This document shows positions 36,734 through 45,008 of a DNA stretch of 50,323 nucleotides, piece after piece. The DNA lies in the IMG/VR virus record IMGVR_UViG_3300025103_000025, positions 1 through 50,323 of that record, one strand, 5' to 3'. This DNA comes from a virus (lineage: Duplodnaviria > Caudoviricetes). A program made the position numbers and the translations under genes. The notes beneath the pieces were generated by a model. It was given only the letters and a program-made list of their open reading frames with translations. It did not search any database and had not been told where the DNA came from. Position 1 is the stretch's first letter. The number at the start of each line of letters is the position of its first letter.

Positions 36734-38380
36734 TTATATCTGCCAGACTTTCTTAATCATAAAACTATCCTTATTTTTATCTAGTTCTCCATTAATCATT
36801 ACTGTATTTCCTTCAAGCATTAAGTCCTTGTATTCTTCCCAAGCGTCTGAGAATATTACGCAGTCAACAGAGCAGCTGTAGTCGCTTACTGTAGCGAAGG
36901 CCATCTTGTTGCCTCTATTTTTGCCATTTTTTATTTGCACCTCTCTCAAGCTGTCTACCTGCACGGCGACAAGAGGATAGTCCTTAATTGCCTTATTAAT
37001 TATGTCTTTACAAATAGCATTTGCAGAACTCGTATCACAAGCCTCTACCTTACTACAGGTGAGAGGTATGCCTAAGAGGTTCTCTTCTTTTCCTGCTACC
37101 CATTCTGGCATATCCTCTAGTTTGTATGGAGGGTTTTCCAAGGAAAGAATCATTTCCTTAACAACTTCAAGTCTCTTCTTGTTCGCTACTGCCCCCTTCT
37201 TTCCGGGAGGCAATTCTACGGCCATCTTTAGTATTTCTAGGAACTCTTTGCTTGAGATATCAGAATCTTGTAGCATTAGATTTTGTATCCAAGACTTTTC
37301 TTTATTTGTTAGTTTTTGATATATCTCGTATTCATAAATCATTCTCGTTCTATTCGAGCTCATATAAGAAGCCGCACCAACAGAAATTAAAGACTTTATG
37401 GCTGTGCTAGTTACCCTGCTTGAAAAGAACACTAAAAACTCTCTCCAGTTCCATTCTTCGACCTTCTTGCCAATAAGCTCCTCTACTTCCTTCATTGACC
37501 TTTTTATCTTATCAATGACTGCCTCGCCGACACTCTTTACATTAGAAAGACCAAAGAAAACCTTATCATCAATTATTTTAAAGTTCTTATTAGCCTTCCT
37601 CAGGTCTGGAGGGAATATGTCTATATCCATAATCCTGCAGTTATTTACCAGTTCGTTTATTTCTTCATGGGGCTTTTGTTTTTCTTTTGAGTAAAATAGG
37701 TATGATGTAAAAAACTCTTTGCTGAAGTGAGCTTTTGCGTATGCCGAAAGATAAGCGTTGAAGGCATAGCTGACAGCGTGAGACTTATTGAAGCTATACC
37801 TCTGCGATTTTTCAATCCAGCTAAATATCTCTTCAGCCTGACTTTTATTGACAATTCCTCTTTCAGAAGATTTTTCTAAGAAAGACTTCTTCACCTGAGC
37901 CATGACATCTGTCTTCTTCTTACCGATAGCTTTTCTAAGAATATCCGCTTCTTGAAGATTAAAACCTGCTATCTCTTGTGCAATCTGCATGCTCTGTTCT
38001 TGGTATACCAAAATCCCAAAAGTTTCTTTCAGGGAAGACTCCAGAGACGGATGAAAATACTCTACGGGTTCTCTTGCGTGCTTCCTGTCAATGTAGTGGT
38101 TGGTAAGGCTTTTGCCGTCAACAATAGCTTCCATACAACCGGGCCTCATAATAGAGATGAGACCAGCAAGCTCTTCAATGTTCCTTGGCTTGGTCTTTTT
38201 TGCCAAACTTTGACCAAGTCTACTCTCTAGTTGGAAGCATCCCTTCGTGTTTCCTTTGCTGATTAAATCCCAAGTTCTTGTGCAGGATAGCGGAATCTCT
38301 CCAATGTCAGGGTTAAAAGATATGCCCTGAGGTTTGTCTACAGGAAAACAACACCCACAACTAAATTCCAAATGTGCCAT
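36734..38380 (-). CDS. dnaE: DNA polymerase III alpha subunit, C-terminal part (fingers, HhH, OB fold)
   Basis: GCFQLES, SIMRPG, TFGILVYQEQ, ADILRKAIGKK, YSFNKSHAVSYA, FGLSNVKSVG and OB-fold KMAFATVSD. Confidence 0.92.
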   Translation of the reverse strand: MAHLEFSCGCCFPVDKPQGISFNPDIGEIPLSCTRTWDLISKGNTKGCFQLESRLGQSLAKKTKPRNIEELAGLISIMRPGCMEAIVDGKSLTNHYIDRKHAREPVEYFHPSLESSLKETFGILVYQEQSMQIAQEIAGFNLQEADILRKAIGKKKTDVMAQVKKSFLEKSSERGIVNKSQAEEIFSWIEKSQRYSFNKSHAVSYAFNAYLSAYAKAHFSKEFFTSYLFYSKEKQKPHEEINELVNNCRIMDIDIFPPDLRKANKNFKIIDDKVFFGLSNVKSVGEAVIDKIKRSMKEVEELIGKKVEEWNWREFLVFFSSRVTSTAIKSLISVGAASYMSSNRTRMIYEYEIYQKLTNKEKSWIQNLMLQDSDISSKEFLEILKMAVELPPGKKGAVANKKRLEVVKEMILSLENPPYKLEDMPEWVAGKEENLLGIPLTCSKVEACDTSSANAICKDIINKAIKDYPLVAVQVDSLREVQIKNGKNRGNKMAFATVSDYSCSVDCVIFSDAWEEYKDLMLEGNTVMINGELDKNKDSFMIKKVWQI

Positions 38381-38382
38381 CT

Positions 38383-39060
38383 TTATTCTTCTCCAACAAA
38401 AGAGCCTTTAAATCTAACATTCCGAGCTGTGCGGCGATAAAGTCTCAGAAACCTACATAGTAAGCCCGCTGTGTCCTTGACGTCCTTCAGGGCATCGTGT
38501 GCGTTTGCTGTGCTCATACCAAGATATTCCCTCATATTATCCATACTGAAGCTGGTTACTTCTCTTGAGTTTTCAAACCAAGGAAACATCCAGTGCATTA
38601 GGTCAAGCTTGTCTCTAGGATGAAATATTTGCTTGCCTTTTAAGTGCTTCTCACACATTCTGTTAACAATGTGTAAGTCGAACGCCAAGATATTATAACC
38701 ACAGGCCAGCGGAGCTGAAAACTTTGTCTTGTTTTTACCGCTTTTATGGAACTTTTCTAAAAAGCCTACAAAGTTCTCCCACACCATTTTCTGGCTCGGT
38801 GCTTCTTTCCAAAGCTCTATGATTTCTTCTGGTGTGCAGTCCCTGATATTGGAGTGCCATTCTATTGTGGCTCTATTATTTTCAAAATAATCTTCTTCAT
38901 CAATGCCTTCTGGTCTCATGAAAGAATTGAATTCAGCATTCTTGACTACCTCCAGCTTTCTTGGGTCTACAATAACCGCTGCTAACTGGACAGGATTGAC
39001 TTTAGTAGGGTCTCTTCCATCGGTCTCAAAGTCAAAGACGCATATTTTATTATAATTCAT
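38383..39060 (-). CDS. DEDDh 3'-5' exonuclease (DnaQ/epsilon-like)
   Basis: ExoI DFETDG, ExoII GYNILAFD and ExoIII AHDALKD. Confidence 0.88.
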   Translation of the reverse strand: MNYNKICVFDFETDGRDPTKVNPVQLAAVIVDPRKLEVVKNAEFNSFMRPEGIDEEDYFENNRATIEWHSNIRDCTPEEIIELWKEAPSQKMVWENFVGFLEKFHKSGKNKTKFSAPLACGYNILAFDLHIVNRMCEKHLKGKQIFHPRDKLDLMHWMFPWFENSREVTSFSMDNMREYLGMSTANAHDALKDVKDTAGLLCRFLRLYRRTARNVRFKGSFVGEE

Positions 39061-39062
39061 AA

Positions 39063-39395
39063 TTAGTTCTCGCTAGTACCTACGTTTTTAATAATACTCA
39101 TAAGTTTAGTTTGTAAAAGATTTCTTTGTGCTCTCACTCTATCGAGCTCGTCCATTATAAGCTCTTCTCTTAGTTTGTTGGCATAGTCTTTAAATAAAAT
39201 TGCCCCATTACTTAAGCCTGTGACACTATCTTGATAATCTTCAGTGGCTGCCTTTAACTTCTCCCTGAGTAGTTCTATTTCTTTGGCTGCGGAGTATATA
39301 GCATCAACAGTTCTGTCTGGACCAACCAGCAGTTCGTCCGTGAACTCATGAAGCCATCTGTTCGCAGCGTGGTGGACATCTTCTTCACTGAACAT
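39063..39395 (-). CDS. Hypothetical coiled-coil protein
   Basis: 110-aa helical-looking ORF overlapping the end of the UDG gene. Confidence 0.5.
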   Translation of the reverse strand: MFSEEDVHHAANRWLHEFTDELLVGPDRTVDAIYSAAKEIELLREKLKAATEDYQDSVTGLSNGAILFKDYANKLREELIMDELDRVRAQRNLLQTKLMSIIKNVGTSEN

Positions 39396-39933
39396 TATTC
39401 AAACCCACCGCCATCTTTATACTCTCCAAGGAAACGTCCATTTTACCTCTGCCTGTTTGCATGAGGTAGGATGGGTGGTAGCATGGAACAACTACTGCAT
39501 CTAAATAATCGAGCTCATGAGCTTTTCCAATATGGTCTCCTAGCTTGAATGTTTTTTTAAGCTTTAACAGGAGCCCCGTGGGAACCTTTCCAAAAGTGAC
39601 AATAACCCTTGGCTTAAGTTCCTTTAGCTCGCTCCATAGCCAAGCCTTGCAAGCGTCAATTTCTTCCTTCTTAGGTGGTCTGTTTTTTTTGCCTGTAACA
39701 GGACGACACTTGACAACATTAGTAATGTATACATCCTTCCTAGAAACACCGCACTGTTTTAGCATCTTAGTGAGTAATTCGCCACACCTACCAACAAAAG
39801 GTTCTCCAATTATGTCTTCATCACTTCCGGGGGCTTCTCCAAGCAGTAAAATTCCTGTGTTCTTACCTTTCCCCCAAACCACCTGAGTCCTTGTTTTGCA
39901 TAAGCCGCAACCAGTACAATCTTTCCAATTCAT
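39385..39933 (-). CDS. Family 4 uracil-DNA glycosylase (Fe-S)
   Basis: CTGCGLC, GEAPG..E...GEPFVG, NVVKCRP, NRPP..EIDAC and YHPSY. Confidence 0.92.
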   Translation of the reverse strand: MNWKDCTGCGLCKTRTQVVWGKGKNTGILLLGEAPGSDEDIIGEPFVGRCGELLTKMLKQCGVSRKDVYITNVVKCRPVTGKKNRPPKKEEIDACKAWLWSELKELKPRVIVTFGKVPTGLLLKLKKTFKLGDHIGKAHELDYLDAVVVPCYHPSYLMQTGRGKMDVSLESIKMAVGLNNVQ

Positions 39934-41843
39934 TTTACATCTCCTGTTTCCAAAATATCCCGAACCCCCATAATTTTGTCCAGCATGGCGATTCCCAACA
40001 CGTCAAATTTAATCATCCCAATATCCTCCATGTCCTGCATTTCAAGCCCTCCCACCAATTGCCTAGCCTTAGTATCCAAGACCATTGGACAGATTTCATT
40101 TAGGGGAGAAGGCGATATGACTACTCCTGCGGCATGCTTACTCTGGGCCCTCTTTGTTCCTTCAAGCCGGATAGCCTGTTCAAATCTCTTGGACAGTCTG
40201 CCCTGCATATTTCCTTCATCATCAATATAACACCAATCTCTTAATTCGTCAGGCTTATTTTCTAAGGCCCACCGAATAACCGATGATTCCCCTGTTTCGT
40301 CCATCATTTCCTGCAAGTCTTCAGCAACGGCGGCCTTGTCCGGAATGTGTTGGGTAATCATATTCATCTCATTGAATGAAATTCCTCCGTACGCTCTTAA
40401 GACATCTTTGATTGCCCCTCTTCCCATCATTGTTTGGAATGTAATCATCTGACCTACTTTGTCAAGACCATAGTTGTTCTTAATGTAGTCAATGATATCG
40501 TCTCTTTTAGAGACTGGGACATCTATATCTATGTCAGGCATAGAAACTCTACCACCAGTATTTCTTCCTGCGTTATAAAATCTTTCAAAGATTAATGAGT
40601 ATTTAATTGGGTCTATAGATGTTATTTCTATTAAGTAGGATACAAGGCAACCAGCAGCAGAGCCTCTTCCGGGACCGGGAAGCCAACCGTTATCTCTTAC
40701 GTAATTTACTATATCTCTAACTATTAAGAAGTAACTAGATAAGCCAGCCCCCTGAAGAACTTTCAATTCATGTTTAATTCTCTCTGCATACTCTTCGTGC
40801 TTTTCTTTTGGGACAATGTCCTTAATTTTGTCTCTCCACCCGTCTCTACATAACTGCCTAAGGTGTTCGTCTGGCCCAAGCTCACATTTAAAAGGTGGTA
40901 GAATGGGCTCTCTAAGTATATCATATTCCTCACACTGCTCTGCTATCTTAAGTGTATTATTAATCTCTTCTTCTGTGTGGATAGCCTTCATCTCTTCAAA
41001 AGAAGGTATGTGATATTTGCTAGACTTAAAGAATGTAGAAAGGGGTACGTTCTCTCCGGAAGACATTTTTTTCTTTATAGTTGGCAGTGTCGTCTCAAGC
41101 ATGCTGCATAGTAACACCCTTTGGTCTTCTGCGTCATCTGAAGTTGGATAGTGTGCATCTGGCGTAGCTACGCAGGGAATGTTGGTCTGCTTGGAAATCC
41201 ACCGGAGTGCCTTAGCAACAACAGCCTGAGCAGGTGTTGTATCTTTGTCAATGAGCTGAATCTCTAAATAGAAGTTCCCTTCCCCAAATATCTCTTGATG
41301 TTTAAGTGCTAAAGATGTTGTATTTTCCAGCCAATTCTCGTCAACCAAACTCTCAGCTTCTTCGTAACTGGTGGTGTCATAGGCCAAACTGCAGTTTTCC
41401 CCGAATACAGTCTCCGCCAAATCTGAGCCAAGATGACCACTAAATGATATCAAGTTTCCATTACAAAGCTCAGAAAGTTGTTCTAAGCTGAGTCTGGGTT
41501 TCCTATAAAATAATTCTGGCTTATTAGATTCTGATGTGATTTTTATCAATTGCTTCCAACCTTTTAGGTTTTTGGCAAGTACCACCAGATGATTTAGCTT
41601 TGAGTTTTCTTTGTTTTTTACACTAGCATCTTCTTTGCATATATAAAGCTCGCAACCTAATATTGGCTTGAGCCCATTTCTCTTCATAGCCCTTACAAAA
41701 GAAACACTGCCAGAGATATTGCCATGGTCTGTTATGGCTGCTCCTTTAAGCCCCAAAGACTTTACTCTCTGAGCTATCTGTTCGGGCTTGCTAAGCCCAT
41801 CTAGTAAACTGAAATGTGTGTGACAATGCAATGGAAAATACAT
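39930..41843 (-). CDS. dnaE: DNA polymerase III alpha subunit, N-terminal part (PHP + palm/thumb)
   Basis: LHCHTHFSLLDG, TDHG, DAHY, PGRGSAAG, FERFYN, SMPDIDID, KHAAGVVI and KFDVLG. Start placed at MYFPLH (41843). Confidence 0.93.
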   Translation of the reverse strand: MYFPLHCHTHFSLLDGLSKPEQIAQRVKSLGLKGAAITDHGNISGSVSFVRAMKRNGLKPILGCELYICKEDASVKNKENSKLNHLVVLAKNLKGWKQLIKITSESNKPELFYRKPRLSLEQLSELCNGNLISFSGHLGSDLAETVFGENCSLAYDTTSYEEAESLVDENWLENTTSLALKHQEIFGEGNFYLEIQLIDKDTTPAQAVVAKALRWISKQTNIPCVATPDAHYPTSDDAEDQRVLLCSMLETTLPTIKKKMSSGENVPLSTFFKSSKYHIPSFEEMKAIHTEEEINNTLKIAEQCEEYDILREPILPPFKCELGPDEHLRQLCRDGWRDKIKDIVPKEKHEEYAERIKHELKVLQGAGLSSYFLIVRDIVNYVRDNGWLPGPGRGSAAGCLVSYLIEITSIDPIKYSLIFERFYNAGRNTGGRVSMPDIDIDVPVSKRDDIIDYIKNNYGLDKVGQMITFQTMMGRGAIKDVLRAYGGISFNEMNMITQHIPDKAAVAEDLQEMMDETGESSVIRWALENKPDELRDWCYIDDEGNMQGRLSKRFEQAIRLEGTKRAQSKHAAGVVISPSPLNEICPMVLDTKARQLVGGLEMQDMEDIGMIKFDVLGIAMLDKIMGVRDILETGDVK

Positions 41844-41844
41844 T

Positions 41845-42057
41845 TTATTTTCTAAACCTTTTAAACCAATCTGAAACCAAGTCCTGTCGCTCTTCGTTGA
41901 CAGCATTTATTAAAAATATCAAGTCCTTTAAGACAGCCAGATTAAAATCAATTGATTGAATATAAGAAGCCTTGTCTACATATTCGGTTGGCTGGGCAAG
42001 GACTCTTTGTTTGAGCTCTTGCATCTTTTTATATCTTTCTTTTATGTCAGATTTCAT
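41845..42057 (-). CDS. Hypothetical protein
   Basis: 70 aa. Exactly fills the gap, with an ATGA overlap to the upstream gene. Confidence 0.5.
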   Translation of the reverse strand: MKSDIKERYKKMQELKQRVLAQPTEYVDKASYIQSIDFNLAVLKDLIFLINAVNEERQDLVSDWFKRFRK

Positions 42058-43097
42058 TCTAATGAACCGGGCGCCTTGTACTTTGCTACATTATGGCCTT
42101 CTGCCATGTAATCTTCCGTAACTTTCTGTATCCCTTTTCGTTCTATCTCGTATTTTACTTGCTCACACTTAGTCATGTATTCGCCATAACTTGTTCTTTG
42201 GCCGTGCCTGTTTTCCATAATGGGATGAATACTAGTATCTTCAAATGTACTTTTGCCCTGATGGCAGAGTTTTGTGCATTTCCAACTTTTCTTCAACATG
42301 GGTATTCTGGCAGCTTTAATTTGCTCAAACTTTTTTCTAAGCATCTTTTTGGTCTTTGGGATGTCTTTCTCAGAAAAGTGCATAGAAAAGGCACCTCCGT
42401 CGTTCATGTAATTGATTGTGACCATTATTTGCTTTGCCTCTGGGTAGAGTTTCATGGCAGCATAATGATAAATTCTTAGCTGTGGGTCATTTTGTAGCTT
42501 AGCGTAGGTTTTTTCTTGCCCCGTCGCCCAGTCGAGCCTGCGGCCAGTTTTCCAGTCTACAATTTCATAGAAACCTTCGTCAATCTCAGTTATTAAATCC
42601 ATTGTTCCCTTGAGAGCCAGTCTTCCTTTAACCTTTTCTCCATTTAATACATATTCGTACTCAGCCCAGTCCTCGTCTATTTCAAAATCGAAGTGGGGCT
42701 CTGCGTCAATAACAGTCCTGTTTCTGGGGTCAAATATCCCGTCGTTCATTTCTAGGGTCTTGTAAACCCATTTTGAGCAGTCTTTGAGGTCTTTTTCTTT
42801 CCATTCGTGATGGGGATTGCCTTCCGAGTAATATTTGTAAACTTGTTCTGTTATCTCGTCTATATCATATGAGGTAGAACTTACTTCTCCAATAACGTCG
42901 TCAACAAATGAACTTAGACCATCCTGCTCAGCCTTCTTTGCTAAGCACATGATTTCTAATATTTTGTGTACGATGGTGCCCTTGTCTGCTTTGAGTCCTC
43001 CTTTGCCCCTCCAGCCAAGCACATATTCGCAAAAGTATTGTTGCGGACACATGTTATGACAGTTAAAGCTCGAAGACCTAAAATATGTAATAATTAT
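42054..43097 (-). CDS. PD-(D/E)xK exonuclease (Cas4/AddB/RecB-like), probably starting at ATA
   Basis: CPQQY, GTIVH, LKGTMDL...EIVDWKTG, QLRIY and C-terminal CTKLC..C. The frame extends upstream of the track ATG (43052) as IIITYFRSSSFNCHN, with SD AAGGTGA before ATA at 43097. Confidence 0.8.
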   Translation of the reverse strand: MIITYFRSSSFNCHNMCPQQYFCEYVLGWRGKGGLKADKGTIVHKILEIMCLAKKAEQDGLSSFVDDVIGEVSSTSYDIDEITEQVYKYYSEGNPHHEWKEKDLKDCSKWVYKTLEMNDGIFDPRNRTVIDAEPHFDFEIDEDWAEYEYVLNGEKVKGRLALKGTMDLITEIDEGFYEIVDWKTGRRLDWATGQEKTYAKLQNDPQLRIYHYAAMKLYPEAKQIMVTINYMNDGGAFSMHFSEKDIPKTKKMLRKKFEQIKAARIPMLKKSWKCTKLCHQGKSTFEDTSIHPIMENRHGQRTSYGEYMTKCEQVKYEIERKGIQKVTEDYMAEGHNVAKYKAPGSLE

Positions 43098-43108
43098 TTT
43101 GATTCACC

Positions 43109-43882
43109 TTATGCTATAGAGAGCTCAAGCCAACCCCATTCTTTAAGTTGGTCATAGAGTTTTTTGTTTTGTTCACCTACTGACATGTCGTCGTTTTTTA
43201 TAATAACGTCGAACTTGTTCCAATCAAAGTTTTCTTTATCTAGGGCGGTCTCGCTAATATGAGCGTCCTCGTCTTCTGAGTTTCTCGTAAGCCTGACCAC
43301 CTTACCACCTGCGTTCTGTATGGCCTCTACTTCATTGGGAAATCTGCAGTCGGCTATTATGGCAATATGAGGGCCGTTTTCTTGTATTTTTCTTATCGTG
43401 GCATCGGCCCATACATTAGGATACAACTCCCTGAAGAAGTCTGTTCCTACAACTTGCATCACTTCTCTAGCTGTCATATTTTTGTTCTCTGTCTTGTCGT
43501 CATAGAAAGGCAAACTAGACCAAGATATATTTGTATCTGTATTTTTTTGCTCATCGGTTCCATAGCATTGCTCCCTTGTCAAGCCTAGTATGTCCATGCA
43601 AACGCTCTTTTTCAATAGGTCTGCAAACGAGTACAGTTTGGCAAAGTGGTCTAAATTTGCTCTTAGGAAATTAACCATAGATTGGTCTGAGCTAGTGACA
43701 TCAAATATACCGGCATTTACTTCTTCGCCAAGTATGTCTGAAACCCAAATTTGACCAGAATCAGTTATCTTAAAATTCCTAGCTATCCCTAAGGAGAGCA
43801 TCTCCCAGCCAATGATAACATTTGCACATGTATTTTTTCCACTCTGTTTTCTTCCCGAGAAACCTATAATTTTTTGTGACAC
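43109..43882 (-). CDS. Deoxynucleoside monophosphate kinase (T4 gp1-like)
   Basis: GFSGRKQSGKNT, SFADLLK, REVMQVVGTD, DCRFPNE and HISETALD. Confidence 0.85.
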   Translation of the reverse strand: MSQKIIGFSGRKQSGKNTCANVIIGWEMLSLGIARNFKITDSGQIWVSDILGEEVNAGIFDVTSSDQSMVNFLRANLDHFAKLYSFADLLKKSVCMDILGLTREQCYGTDEQKNTDTNISWSSLPFYDDKTENKNMTAREVMQVVGTDFFRELYPNVWADATIRKIQENGPHIAIIADCRFPNEVEAIQNAGGKVVRLTRNSEDEDAHISETALDKENFDWNKFDVIIKNDDMSVGEQNKKLYDQLKEWGWLELSIA

Positions 43883-43883
43883 C

Positions 43884-45008
43884 TTAAAACCTCAAACTTT
43901 TCTCTGCCGACTGAATAATTGGCAGTATCTCTGACGTTATGCTATCAGGAGTCATATCTCCAACGTCATTATCTTTAATATTTGGAAAATAAAGCCTATA
44001 AGTCTTAGAGCATTGCTTAAGTATGCTCTCCGCACCTATTCTACCCGCCTTGTCGTTATCTGTCAACACAACCAAGGACATAGCGCCGACCATATCGAGC
44101 AAATCTTTCTGGCCTTCGCTTAAATACGTCCCGAACATAGCAACAGAATTTTTGACTCCTGATTCTTCTAGCTTCCATACATCTCCCGGCCCCTCGACTA
44201 AAATTGCTATTCCAGTCTTTGATATTTCCTTTTTGGCATTCCAGTAGTTATACAGGTATTTACCCGCATCAAAATTTTCGCTATGAACCCATTTAGGCTT
44301 AATATCATCATCTGTTGTTCTGGCAGAGAATCCTACCATATGCATATATTCATCGTCATATATAGGAACAACTACTCTGTTAAATGCTTTAGAGCCTTTC
44401 TTTGTTGATAAGCCTACATCGTACCTGTCTAATATCTCTGCGCTGTAACCTCTGTCAATGTAATATTTGGCTGGTATAGACAGGGCTTCTCTTACCTTTT
44501 CTCTTGGTATTACCTTTCCTCTCTTTTCTCTTCTTTTTTCAGAGAAGGCAACATTAATTCTAGATTGAAACTTCCTTTTTTCTATTGACTGATAATCTAT
44601 TTCAAGCTTATCGTACTCCTGATTGGAAAATGCTAACAAATAGTTTACTGTCTCCTGAAAGCCCGCACACTTGTCCTCTGGACACTCCCAACCATGTTTG
44701 TTGCGAGATAGTATCCCTCTCACCAAGCCCGTTAGGGTGGGCTTAAAGAACTTTTGACACTGGTGTGTGTTGCAAACCCAGTGGCCAGCCCTAGTGTGAC
44801 CAGTCAAGTATAGGTTGACAGCTGTGTTATTATCTCCACCGTGAACTGGGCAGCTCATGTCAATACGACCGTACCTAGATTGATATTCCTCTACCCCAAG
44901 AGATTCTAGGAGAGATTCGACATCTTCAAGTACAATATTTTCAATCTGCACAATCTTTTCTTGTGCAAACCTATCAGGTGAATGGGACTTCATCGTTTTC
45001 ATCTTCAA
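43884..45008 (-). CDS. dnaG: DNA primase (Zn finger + TOPRIM)
   Basis: CPVH...CNTHQC zinc finger, RVVVPI, LVEGPGDVW and DNDKAG. The start may be MKSHSP (44993). Confidence 0.88.
   Translation of the reverse strand: MKMKTMKSHSPDRFAQEKIVQIENIVLEDVESLLESLGVEEYQSRYGRIDMSCPVHGGDNNTAVNLYLTGHTRAGHWVCNTHQCQKFFKPTLTGLVRGILSRNKHGWECPEDKCAGFQETVNYLLAFSNQEYDKLEIDYQSIEKRKFQSRINVAFSEKRREKRGKVIPREKVREALSIPAKYYIDRGYSAEILDRYDVGLSTKKGSKAFNRVVVPIYDDEYMHMVGFSARTTDDDIKPKWVHSENFDAGKYLYNYWNAKKEISKTGIAILVEGPGDVWKLEESGVKNSVAMFGTYLSEGQKDLLDMVGAMSLVVLTDNDKAGRIGAESILKQCSKTYRLYFPNIKDNDVGDMTPDSITSEILPIIQSAEKSLRF

Noticed and set aside
38380-39930. Split intein or self-splicing intron explaining the dnaE interruption
   Set aside because: No intein terminal motifs are visible on either half, and the interval is fully occupied by three ordinary genes with no non-coding room for a ribozyme.
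42054-43097. Cas4-like nuclease as evidence of a CRISPR-Cas system
   Set aside because: There is no array or other cas gene, and stand-alone Cas4/AddB-like nucleases are common in phage replication modules.
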